A program made the position numbers and the translations under genes. The notes below the pieces were generated by a model that saw only the letters and a program-made list of their open reading frames with translations, ran no database searches and had not been told where the DNA came from. A stretch of 63,564 nt of DNA, the filler included, from Octopus bimaculoides (Eukaryota), in NCBI RefSeq assembly GCF_001194135.2. It is 4 parts of 3 records of this genome, joined end to end, with 100 filler letters (N's around TTAATTAATTAA, not from the genome) between each part and the next. Parts side by side here need not be neighbours in the genome. Positions count along the whole stretch, not along the records: positions 46,770 to 61,920 come from NC_068983.1; positions 62,021 to 63,564 come from NW_026296210.1; 2 more parts are not named here. One strand, written 5' to 3'. Below are positions 50,721 through 62,639 of this stretch, piece by piece; positions within the stretch are counted from its first letter, which is position 1, and the number at the start of each line of letters is the position of its first letter.

Positions 50721-52064
50721 ACCCTTTGTTAGTGCTTTTGTTATTTACCCTTTGTTAGTGCTTTTGTTAACCCCTGGTCAGATCGACCAGATCTATGATC
50801 AAAAGTTTTCCGACCATTTTCCTGTCATTTTAGAAATACATTCTACGATGTATCTGTTTTCTTTTCTAAACTGGTTGAGTTTGATTTGAAGGACATATTA
50901 GTTATGATTTCCAGCAAAGAAAGTTGCCAGAAAAGTATCTCTAACAGGGATTACCTATAATTTTTCTGAAACTTATGTTATTAGTTTGGGAAGAACGAAA
51001 GACAAAACCGAAATGGTACAAAAGAACCGGATCGCTTTGACATAACGAACATACAATCAAAAGCACAAAAGCATTAATGCAATAAGGAACCCGCTCACGA
51101 AGTTCCTAGTGTAGTGTTCCTCGAATTACATTATACAACGCTGTCTGTTGAAGATTGTAGGATTTGGTATAAAAAAGATTTAGTCATTATTTTTAGCGGG
51201 GCGAACGATCACATGGAGATCACACGTTGGCTCCACGATCTGACTCAACAATGTATCTACACCGTGTATAAATGGTAGTCCTATTGCATATCTTCAGTCA
51301 AGGTTATTCATTAATACAAAACAATAAAAACATAGTCCCAGACCGAAATAAGTTCTAGGGTCGGTATGACCAACTAATCCATTGACACGACATGCATCAA
51401 GTCTGATAACGGAAAGCAACTAAGGAATATAAGTATCGGATAGTTTTGTTTAGATTGAATGGGCCTCAGTACACTTCCTCTCAATCATATCCAACTCACA
51501 AGGTTTTGCCAGACCCAAAGCAATGGTTGACGACACTTGCCAAATTGGCCGGTATTATTTGATAGTTAAACCACTTATTTATATAAATGCACTCAGTATA
51601 TCCAGAAGCAGGACTAGATTTATAGAAAATTTCACCATGTATGCACTTTACTCACAATGCAAATAAATCTTATATATCATATATCTAATTATATCACGCA
51701 CTTTCACTTTCATTATATATACACACACGCACACACACACTTGCATTTTATTCCACTGATTATTTCGCACTTGCAATCACTATTTTGAGTATGTTGTATG
51801 GAGACTGTTGCAAACTACACATTAATTTGAATACCGTACAATTGCAAAGCATTGTTTGCACATAAGAATTACTATGCACAGCACACTTCAAAATTTGTTT
51901 CATTTCCCCCACTCTCTCTTCCTCTTGCTTGAAATAATTTGCACATTCTCACCATTTCTCCCTAATTATCGTTTCACATGTTTTCATTGAATTTGATGCC
52001 TCAAATATTCATTCCATTTCCTTCGTCAAAATGACTTCTAGATTTAGCATATTCCTGAAAACTA

Positions 52065-52095
<31 letters not shown>

Positions 52096-53439
52096 NNNNN
52101 NNNNNNNNNNNNNNNNNNNNNNNNNNNNNNNNNNNNNNNNNNNNNNNNNNNNNNNNNNNNNNNNNNNNNNNNNNNNNNNNNNNNNNNNNNNNNNNNNNNN
52201 NNNNNNNNNNNNNNNNNNNNNNNNNNNNNNNNNNNNNNNNNNNNNNNNNNNNNNNNNNNNNNNNNNNNNNNNNNNNNNNNNNNNNNNNNNNNNNNNNNNN
52301 NNNNNNNNNNNNNNNNNNNNNNNNNNNNNNNNNNNNNNNNNNNNNNNNNNNNNNNNNNNNNNNNNNNNNNNNNNNNNNNNNNNNNNNNNNNNNNNNNNNN
52401 NNNNNNNNNNNNNNNNNNNNNNNNNNNNNNNNNNNNNNNNNNNNNNNNNNNNNNNNNNNNNNNNNNNNNNNNNNNNNNNNNNNNNNNNNNNNNNNNNNNN
52501 NNNNNNNNNNNNNNNNNNNNNNNNNNNNNNNNNNNNNNNNNNNNNNNNNNNNNNNNNNNNNNNNNNNNNNNNNNNNNNNNNNNNNNNNNNNNNNNNNNNN
52601 NNNNNNNNNNNNNNNNNNNNNNNNNNNNNNNNNNNNNNNNNNNNNNNNNNNNNNNNNNNNNNNNNNNNNNNNNNNNNNNNNNNNNNNNNNNNNNNNNNNN
52701 NNNNNNNNNNNNNNNNNNNNNNNNNNNNNNNNNNNNNNNNNNNNNNNNNNNNNNNNNNNNNNNNNNNNNNNNNNNNNNNNNNNNNNNNNNNNNNNNNNNN
52801 NNNNNNNNNNNNNNNNNNNNNNNNNNNNNNNNNNNNNNNNNNNNNNNNNNNNNNNNNNNNNNNNNNNNNNNNNNNNNNNNNNNNNNNNNNNNNNNNNNNN
52901 NNNNNNNNNNNNNNNNNNNNNNNNNNNNNNNNNNNNNNNNNNNNNNNNNNNNNNNNNNNNNNNNNNNNNNNNNNNNATATATATATATATATATATACTA
53001 CATGCGTGACTGAATACTGAACTACTGAACAATGACACACCTCCGACCTTCTAATTTTATCGGTACTCTTCCATGACATCTTTCCATCAGAACCTAACCT
53101 ACAACCTAATTATCATTCAGAAGAGAAATAATTATACCAATAACTACATAAACCCAAGACAAATTCAAATGCACCATAGTCAGATGAAGAGTAAACAGGC
53201 TGAAAATGCGATCTCACTGTCAGCCCCATTCTTCTTACAGAATAATAAACATGTACTCTTTGAAGAATATTGAGTAATCCTTCAGATTCATGTAAAATTG
53301 TTTTTAGTATAACTCGACAAATGTAATATACATAAATACACACACATACACACACATACACACACATATATATATATACATATATATATATATACGTACA
53401 CACATACACATATATATGTATGTATATATACGTATATGC

Positions 53440-53492
<53 letters not shown>

Positions 53493-53565
53493 TTGGATAG
53501 TGACAAATAAGTTTTGTGTGCACAAATATACTCATTCAGTTCTATGTATCATTTTATTATTTCAG

Positions 53566-54132
53566 ATTGTGTAAACGCTGTTGCTGATGTGGTATTTGCC
53601 TTGGATGAATCTGGCAGTGTGAGAAGCTCAAACTTCATGCTTGTGAAACAATTTGTAAAAGACCTCATCCATGCCTTCCCAGTTTCTTATACCGGTGTTC
53701 ACATTGGCATAATTACATTCAGTTCTAAAGTAAAAAATGAATTCAATTTGAACGCATACTACACTCATGAAGGATTATTCAAAGCCATTGATCAGATCGA
53801 GTACAACGAAGGCGCTACATATACAAATAAGGCTTTGGATTATATAAGATTGCATTCATTTACCCCTGAAGCGGGAGACAGGAAAAATGTTCCAAATATA
53901 GTTATTGTCATCACAGACGGACAGTCATCCCGTCCCCACGACACAAAGCTAGCAGCACGATTATTAAAGTCCACCGGAGCTGTAATCTTTGCTATAGGCG
54001 TTGGAAAGAATATATCAAATGACGAACTACTTAAAATATCTTCTGATGAAAATAACAAAAATGTGTTCACTGTAATGAATTTCTCGGCATTAAAAAGTAT
54101 TCAAAAGAACTTAATTGTGAAAGCGTGTGATG
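53566..54132 (+). CDS. von Willebrand factor A domain exon (189 codons, phase 1-1)
   Basis: ttatttcag acceptor, g|gtgag donor; DVVFALDESGSV..GATYT..IVITDGQS..IFAIGVG with intact MIDAS (DxSxS..T..D). Confidence 0.97.
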
Positions 54133-54309
54133 GTGAGAACATTTGTGAAATCCTATTCTTCTTTAATACGGCTGCAACTAATTTTAGTAATATATTTATC
54201 GTTGTAGATTTTGTTTCAGAAGAATCAGAAAAAGGGCGTATGTTTAGGCAAGTAGTGTAAAAGGCAGCAAGCTTTAATGGTGACTTTGTAACCTATGTAA
54301 CTAGCGAAG

Positions 54310-54704
54310 GTGGAGGCGCAATGGCCCAGTGGTTAGGGCAGCGGACTTGCGGTCATAGGATCACGGCTTCGATTCCCAGACCGGGCGTTGTGAGTGTTTA
54401 TTGAGCGAAAACACCTAAAGGGCTACGAGGCTCCGGAAGGGGATGGTGGCGAACCCTGCTGTACTCTTCCACCACAACTTTCTCTCACTCATTTTTCCTG
54501 TTTCTGTTGTACCTATATTTCAAAGGGTCAGCCCAGTCACACTGCGTCACACTGAATATCCCCGAGAACTACGTTAAAGTACACGTGTCTGTGGAGTGCT
54601 CAGCCACTTGAACGTTAATTTCACGAGCAGGCTGTTCTGTTGATCAAATCAACTGGAACCCTCGACGTCGTAAGCGACGGAGTGCCAACTAAAAAAAAAA
54701 AAAA
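54310..54704 (+). mobile_element. SINE family C with poly(A) tail, nested in another SINE
   Basis: 8-bp TSD TAGCGAAG (54302-09, 54705-12). Confidence 0.92.
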
Positions 54705-54712
54705 TAGCGAAG

Positions 54713-55009
54713 ATGAAGGTATCATTTGAGCCGATCAACGGAACAACCTCCTCGTGAAATTAACGTGCATGTCGGTGAGCACTCCACAGCCACGTGTACC
54801 GTTAATGTACAGGGAGATTCAGCGTGATACAGAGTGTGATAAGACTGGCCCTTTGAAATACAGGTGCTACTCAATTTTGCCAGCTGAGTGGACTGGAGCA
54901 ACGTGAAATAAAGTGTCTTGCTCAAAGACACAATGCGTTGCCGGGAATTGAACTCACGACCTTACGATCGTGAACCGAATACCCTTAACCACTAAGCGAC
55001 GTGTTTTCA
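54713..55009 (-). mobile_element. Host SINE (family C-related body), minus strand
   Basis: 15-bp TSD TTGTAACCTATGTAA at 54286-54300 and 55010-55024 brackets both SINEs. Confidence 0.9.
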
Positions 55010-55109
55010 TTGTAACCTATGTAATGGAATGTCGACCTCGAAATTACCTGTGCGTCCATTAACTTGTTCGTGGGCAAGACAATACAACAATGCCCGAATG
55101 AATCAGTTT

Positions 55110-55331
55110 CTCAATAAATATTGGTTTCAAATTTGGCACAGGGCCAGCAATTTCAGGAGCATGGTGATTACATCGACCCCAGGTCTCAACTGGCACTTAT
55201 TTTTATCGACCCCGAAGGACGAAAGTTAAAGTCGAGCTCGGCGGAATTTGAACTCAGAACGTAAAGAAGGACGAACTGCCAGTATGCATTTTACCCGGCG
55301 TGTTACCGATCCTGCCAGCTCACCGCCTTAG
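55110..55331 (-). mobile_element. SINE family B copy
   Basis: ggcggaatttgaactcagaacgt..gccagctcaccgcctta. Confidence 0.88.
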
Positions 55332-55866
55332 TTTCTGAATATATCATATATTATAATCAACGCTTAGCTCGTAGGAGATTATTCTTCTTTATATTATAAT
55401 CTGACGATCCGTGTTAGGGATCTTTGCTTTTCCACACTTTGGTTGATGAAATATATTCCGTTGAAATTCAGTTTCACTTATTGTAGTGAAAGGTATACTG
55501 ACAAAATGTGTACTGTAAGACAACAACATGACACATATCTGGAGCAGTGTCTTTTGTGTAGGCTTGGATCGATCTAAGCCTTGGGAGTAAATTTAGGCAA
55601 ACCAAAATCATAAAAGTCCTCAGGACGGACTGTACCTATAATTCGAAGGTCCAGTATTAGCAGAGTATTTCATCTTTAGGTTAAGGGTACACGTATCTAG
55701 TGGAATGTTCAGTCACAAAACAAGTATTCAATGAAAAGGTCGTCCAGTTGATTGAAAAAGTAGGTGTTCATATATCGAAATCTGTAGGAGAGCTCATCGC
55801 ATATACATAAACACACACAAACACTTATGCGCGCAATACACACTGATATATGTATATATATGCATG

Positions 55867-55901
<35 letters not shown>

Positions 55902-56049
55902 ATATATATGTATATGTATTTATCGATATATATATNNNNNNNNNNNNNNNNNNNNNNNNNNNNNNNNNNNNNNNNNNNNNNNNNNNNNNCATACATTCAT
56001 ACATACATATATGTATTTGCTCATATATACTTAGATATATGTAAATGTA

Positions 56050-56139
<90 letters not shown>

Positions 56140-56392
56140 ATATATATAATTATAACATATTGCATATACATACAATTATATAGATATAAAGATATAGATA
56201 TAGATATATAATTTACGGATTAAAATGATCGCTGCGTATCTTTTTCTTTAATTATAAATAAAAGAAAATAATGATATCCGTCGAAATATTGATATGTTTG
56301 AAAAGAAAACTACTTTTCATTTCTTCAGTAAAATATTTTCGTTTTCCGTATATTTAGTTTTTAATAGATTTTTCTATTACGTCTACCTTCAG

Positions 56393-56506
56393 ATATCGAG
56401 CCATGCGCTCGTAAACCCTGTAAAAATGAAGGAAAATGTTCAAAGAATGGCACGAATTTTATTTGTACATGTAAATTGGGATATACAGGCCGTGACTGTT
56501 CAACCG
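56393..56506 (+). CDS. EGF-like exon 1 (114 nt, phase 1-1)
   Basis: ccttcag/..g|gtgagt; DIEPCARKPCKNEGKCSKNGTNFICTCKLGYTGRDCST. Confidence 0.95.
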
Positions 56507-56767
56507 GTGAGTTATTTTATGTATTCTGTTACTTCAGTTCTGTTTATTACACAATTATTGTTGTCGTCAATAATTAAAGAGAATAATATACAATAAAGTT
56601 CTTTACGCTATAAATCACGATTAGAAACTGCACCTATCAAGGTTTATAAGTTTGTCATCATATTACAAATCGAAACAGTCAATTGGCAATGTCCACAAGA
56701 AAAGTTGATGCTTTCACTGTGTAGCAAAATTTTTATCATATTTATTTAGAATTTTTTTTTTCTTTGG

Positions 56768-57265
56768 TCAGTGTGTGCTTTTCCCTATTTGCTTCTATGT
56801 AGAAATCAAAGGAAATGACTGCTCTTCCCTTCAAACTTCGTTTTTGTGATATGGACATCAATGTTTTGAAACTGACGGAATTGCCATTACATTTCAGACA
56901 GATCCAGCGCTGAGTTGTGGAAAAAGAAATATCGTTATAGCAAACATTCTGCTCAATACCACAGATTTGCTTGTCAGTTGCTTGACCTTAACCACCTGAG
57001 CATGTCCATTAGTGACTGACAATATGTAGCTGAGAATATGTGGCTGACAATATGTTCCTTAGTGGCTGATAATATGTGCATCTCTGATCATGAGCAAGAG
57101 CAGCGGGGAAGCATCATAGCCATGTATTGACAGGGATTCTTTGAGGTTTGAATAAATGTAACAAAAGCAAATTTTTAAAGAAATATTAGCCATTTTTCAT
57201 ACTTTCTAGGGTTAAACAAATAGGAAAGAACAATTGTTACCCAATGACAAAAATCGTGTTACACA
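56768..57265 (-). mobile_element. Dispersed repeat family D, full copy with internal tandem duplication
   Basis: Reverse complement of 13894-14336; ctgacaatatg repeated at about 57016-57075. Confidence 0.8.
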
Positions 57266-57641
57266 ATATGTTCGCTTGTCGCTGTAAATAGACATCGAAT
57301 TCAAAAATGAGATAGACTTAAAGAATGCATGCATGAAGGCTCTCGAAAATTCATCTTGATAGGCGATGTTTCCAATGGAATTTAATTTTGTCTTATTTCC
57401 ATTTCTAATGATTAATAGTAATTAACCTGCCAGGTTATATTTGTTTTCTTTTTTTTTTTTGCACAGTAAAATGTCTGTAATTTCCTCCGAGTGTTTCAGA
57501 CAAAGCTGTTGTAGGGTGTGTTTAAAAGGTGATTTGGTAAAATATCATGTTTATGATCTAATTGCTATTTTTTAAATAATGATTTCCATTACAAATCGAA
57601 TTGTTGTGTCTACTTCCAATTTTTGCCTTCCATACTTTGTA

Positions 57642-57698
57642 TATAAAAAGGGTGTGTATAAAAAGGGTGTGTATAAAAAGGGTGTGTATAAAAAGGGT
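57642..57698 (+). repeat. 15-bp minisatellite (TATAAAAAGGGTGTG), 3.8 units
   Basis: Directly visible, perfect units. Confidence 0.95.
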
Positions 57699-57986
57699 AT
57701 TCGAGTAACAGGGTTGAATCCTGAATATATCCATGATGTTCCGGTATATATAAGAATATCAGTTTCTTATCTCTATTGTACATCTCTATGGGAATATACG
57801 ATTGTATATATATATATGCTAAATATGTACAGAGCTATAAATATTCAAAATTGATATGAAACATATTCGAAAATCAAAAGTCCATTTTATAAATTTTGTT
57901 TTATAAAAACCCCTTTTCCATGCTATTGATATTAATTGGTAATCAACAGAGTCTATTTAAAATTAATCGAAATTATTATTCTTCAG

Positions 57987-58097
57987 CGGATCCTTGTAGC
58001 AGTAAGCCTTGCCAAAATGGAGGATTCTGTGCAAAACGTGGTACAAGTTATGTCTGCTTTTGTACTGCAGGCTTCAGAGGAAGACATTGTGATATAG
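57987..58097 (+). CDS. EGF-like exon 2 (111 nt, phase 1-1)
   Basis: ttcttcag/..g|gtaag; ADPCSSKPCQNGGFCAKRGTSYVCFCTAGFRGRHCDI. Confidence 0.96.
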   Translation, partial: RILVAVSLAKMEDSVQNVVQVMSAFVLQASEEDIVI

Positions 58098-58734
58098 GTA
58101 AGGAAGTCAGTCTAGTTTTATACAAAACGTCTCATATTTTGCTGCACTGCTTGATAACTGTGATAGGCATGACTTAGGAAATCCTGTAAGTTTATTGAAA
58201 GCAAATACTCAAAAAGCGTAAGTAGCTATTTTGAAAGATATGTAAGGAATAAAGAATCAAAATCCAGATCTTTGGTAATGTCAATATATTACTATCGTTT
58301 TCTCATAATATCGTTTCATATTTTAGCACAAGGCCAACTATTCTGGGAGGATGGAACAAGTTAATTACATCAGTACTCGATTTGTATTTTATTTTATCGA
58401 CCCCAAAAGTATTTTAAGTCAGAACGTAATGAACATAAGAAATGTTGCTAAGCATTTTGTCTGATACACAAACGATTTTTCCCACTTACCCCCTTTGTGT
58501 TAGCGTCATATCAGCTGGAATTTAAACTAAGAAATTAGAAACATGAAACTAGATAACGTTTAGAATGATTGGGAACATTATAAATGAACCCCTTATACAT
58601 GATAAACAAATAATAAAGCGAATACTAATTATTGTAACGGACAAAATAAGTAATTAAAAATGTATAAAATTTCATCAAGCAAACTAGATTTCGGTGCGGT
58701 AGTTTCTCTTAAAATCAATCGCCCTGAGAAGGCC

Positions 58735-58949
58735 AATTCTCTTCAAATTTGGCAGAAGTCCAGCAATTTTGATGGGAGGGGTAAGTCGGTTACATCGACC
58801 CCAGTGCTCAGCTGGTACTTGTTTTATCCGAGAGGATGAAAAGCAAAGTTGACCCGAGGAATTTAACCCAGAGCAAAAGGAGTCGGAAAAGACGCCGCTA
58901 ACTAGTTTGATCGAGGTTCTAACAATTCTGCCAGCTCGCCACCTGAATG

Positions 58950-58981
<32 letters not shown>

Positions 58982-59444
58982 CTTCTCTACAATAGGTACT
59001 AGGCCAGAAATTTGGTGGAGGGAAGGGGATTAGTCGATTATGTCGACCCTAGCGCTTAACTTGTACTTAATTTATCGACCCTGAAGGATGAACGGCAAAG
59101 TCGACATCTGTGAAATTTGAAATCAGAATATAAATCCGGAAGAAATACTGCAAATCACTTTGCAGAGCGTGCTAACGATTCAGCCAGCTCACTGCCTTAA
59201 TAACAACAGCAACAACAATAATAATAATCCGTTCTACTATAGACACAAGGCTTGAAATTTTGTGAGGAGGAGCTAAGTCGGTTATATCGATGCCAACACC
59301 CCAGTTGTACTTATTTTATCGACCCAGAAAGAATGAGAGGCGAAGTCGACCTCGGCGGAATTTGAACTCAGAACGTACGGACGGATGAAATGCCGCTCAA
59401 CATCTTGCTAGACGACCAAACAATTCTGCCTACTCACCGCCTTA
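58735..59444 (-). mobile_element. Three tandem SINE family B copies separated by (AAT/AAC)n
   Basis: Units at about 58735-58948, 58980-59198 and 59228-59444, each ending (plus strand) gccagctc(g/a)cc(g/a)cctt; a further partial copy at 58320-58490. Confidence 0.9.
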
Positions 59445-59459
59445 ACAACAGCAACAAGA

Positions 59460-59751
59460 AGAATGATAAAGCAACCATACTATGGGATTTCCAATACACA
59501 CAGATAGAGAAATTACGGCCAATAGGTCAGTTATAGTTGTCAGAGATCATGAAGAAAAAAATGCTTTTTAATTGATGTATCAATACCAACAGATGACAAC
59601 GTTTCTCTAAAAGGAATGGAGAAACTTTCAAAATACAAATGTGGAGTCTAAAAACAGAAGCAATTCCTATTAGGTACGATAAAAAAAATATTCAGACAAA
59701 TATATAACAAAAACACCAGGACTAACAAATATATAAAACATACAGAAAATA

Positions 59752-59753
<2 letters not shown>
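59460..59753 (+). mobile_element. R4/Dong-like RLE C-terminal fragment
   Basis: ILWDF..IHTDREITANR..IDVSIPTDDNVSLK.MEKLSKYK with frameshifts. Confidence 0.85.
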
Positions 59754-59800
<47 letters not shown>

Positions 59801-60482
59801 TATATTCGAATTATGCAAGAGAGGTGGCTCTACAGTTAAAACTCTATCAATACATGTATGTTTGTAATTGAAACTTCAGAAGCCGCAGTTGTCGCACACG
59901 AAATTTCTCTCTATATATTTATTGCGTTAAAAAATACACTATATTTCAGAGCTAGACGAAATGAAATCATCACCAAAGTTACACTGATAAGCCGCCGAAA
60001 CGGGCGAAATTCGTATCTTTGGCATTCGCAGTCAATTCTGGCGTGTTTTCATTTCGCCCATCCTTAAGTATACTGTGTTTTTTAATGAAATAAATCTATA
60101 AAGGAATTTCTTCCAGGACGAAAACCGCAGCATCGACGTACATTAGGTTTATAATCTATGCATTTTTTCTTTGAGATTTACTTTCGTTCTTAACGGAGAT
60201 AAAGTCGATCGCTAACAAAGCGGCAAGACTTTTTGAAATAAGAAAATTCCCAGTGTTTGTAAATATATTTTTGACCTGGCGAGTTGATTGAACTGTTGGT
60301 GCACACATCTAAACTATCTCAGATGAAGAATCTTTGCAATGTTTTACAGATTTTCACTGTGCCACTAATTGTTCGGATGTCAGTTAATTTTGTTCTGTAT
60401 GTCTGTATGTATGTATGTATACATGTATACATGTATGTACGTACTTATATTTATATACAATGTACATGAAACGTCTTTTTAG

Positions 60483-60593
60483 AAAATCCATGTGCGTTGA
60501 AACCTTGTAAGAATGGTGGAATATGTTTGCAAGATAGAAAAGGATTTACTTGCGAATGTAAACCAGGATATAGAGGAAGTAATTGTTCTATAT
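60483..60593 (+). CDS. EGF-like exon 3 (111 nt, phase 1-1)
   Basis: tctttttag/..t|gtaagt; ENPCALKPCKNGGICLQDRKGFTCECKPGYRGSNCSI. Confidence 0.95.
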
Positions 60594-61080
60594 GTAAGTA
60601 ATACTATATATCTTAACAATTACGCTAATTCTGTGTGTTTATTTTTACTGATGCACCTAAACTTATACACAAATGTAAAAATGTTAAACGTTAGCAAAAA
60701 CAAATGAAATCGCAAGAAATTCAATTGGGTTCGATCTCATCGAGAGGCATCTTCATATTTTGCCCTAACTTCAATGTATACCCAATCATTGTAAGTAAAA
60801 CGGGTAAAGGGTGATGCTGCAAAACTAGTTAGACTCTATATTCTTTGATTGTCTGCTTTATACTAACACGTGTCGCCATTTTACGATAAAGGTCTTTGAT
60901 TTTATATTACCGTTACTTATCAGTTGTGATCTCCTTCGTTTCTTCTAAGTCTTAAACACTTAAACCCTGAGCAGTAAGTTATGTATCTATATAATTGTAT
61001 ATATGTGTGTCTGTATATATATATAACATGCACAAATGCACGCACACACACACACACGCACACACACGCGCACACATACA

Positions 61081-61340
61081 CATATAATCCCTCAACTATC
61101 GCGAGTGTTACGTTACAAACTCCCCGCGATAGGTGAAAATCCCCGAGGTAGAAACAGTACTGTACTGTATATTGTTTTTATAATTTGTAAATATTTATTT
61201 GATTATAAATGCAAAACAACACCACGGAGGAATCGACGAATCGACGTAAGCTTAAATAATAAACCGCGATAGGTGAACCGCGATAGGTGAACCGCGATAG
61301 GTGAACCGCGATAGGTGAACCGCAGTATGAGGGATTACTG
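61081..61340. mobile_element. pogo/Tigger-like MITE with subterminal 14-bp tandem motif
   Basis: Ends (ca)tataatccctc / gagggattactg-TA; (aaccgcgataggtg)x4 at 61262-61317, one more copy near 61123. Confidence 0.75.
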
Positions 61341-61680
61341 TATATACGCACATGTGGAAACAGTTATTTACAAGCAGGTAATGGATTCACACGCACATAA
61401 CTTATAAACGTGACTGGCCTGACAGTGTACAGAATATAAAGCCTTGCGTGAGCTACTTTACGGATCCAACAGTCAAATCCCACAATTCCAGGAAAAAGTG
61501 ACGAGATTATTGTGATGTAAAGGGAGATTACTCAGTCAAAGTCTATGGTCAAGTGAGATTGAATCCGAACCGTGTGGTAGGGAAGCGAGTGTCTTACCAC
61601 ACAGCCACGAGCTGGTCATAAAATATTGAATGCCACATTATGTACGTTGAATTAACTTAATTCTCTTACTTCGATTTCAG

Positions 61681-61791
61681 GGGATCCTTGTAGCAGCCAA
61701 CCTTGTCAATATGAAGGAATTTGCAGTAATACAAGAGATGGATTTGTATGTCGTTGCAAGCCTGGTTTTAGGGGAATCGATTGCTCTACAG
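61681..61791 (+). CDS. EGF-like exon 4 (111 nt, phase 1-1)
   Basis: gatttcag/..g|gtagat; WDPCSSQPCQYEGICSNTRDGFVCRCKPGFRGIDCST; no stop, so the gene continues. Confidence 0.95.
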
Positions 61792-62589
61792 GTAGATATA
61801 AGCTGATTCTGGTTATAAAATATTGAATGTAATATTAAGAATTCTGGTTTAAGTAGTTTCTGTAGGATTAATTTACAAATATTGTCAGTAAACGGGGAAA
61901 GTTTTCTTTTGTTTATATATNNNNNNNNNNNNNNNNNNNNNNNNNNNNNNNNNNNNNNNNNNNNTTAATTAATTAANNNNNNNNNNNNNNNNNNNNNNNN
62001 NNNNNNNNNNNNNNNNNNNNCAAATTAAATCTAGCCATGGAGGAATGTAGTGGCGGACATATATATATATTATTGTTTTCTCTAACAGTAATTAATTACA
62101 AATAGAACAGATTGAATTGCTTCTTCTCAAGGTCAAGAACAGCGCTCTCAGCGGTCGCTGGTAGTAGTAAACACATTTGATCTCTGCTGACCCGAAGGGT
62201 GCGAAGATTCTTTTGTCTCTATGGCTGACCTCCCCACCAGATGCCGAATCTATTTATAGACCTGTAGAATTTGGTCTAGTCACCAAGCTGCTACTCCCTC
62301 CCATCTATTTCTTTCAACAACCACATATTTATGATTTTCTCAAGTACAAGACAAAAGTTGAGTATAAAGAACATTTAACAAAATCTTTTACTAATAAATG
62401 AAAAGGGTAATAATGATAATAACAATGGTAGTGGTGGCGATGGTGATAATGATAAAAATAAAAATAATGATAATACGCTGCAGCTGCTAATACTACAAAT
62501 ACTACAACTACTACTATTCTGGTAGCACAGGAATATGAGACCCAAACAATAATACCAGTGATATCAGTGATGATGATGATAACAACAAC

Positions 62590-62639
<50 letters not shown>

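Noticed and set aside
54133-54260. ORF extension GENICEILFF..RQVV after the VWA domain
   Set aside because: It lies past a canonical g|gtgag donor at the domain end; intron read-through.
55560-55581. 22-bp near-palindrome aggcttggatcgatctaagcct
   Set aside because: Short and imperfect; expected occasionally by chance in 63 kb.
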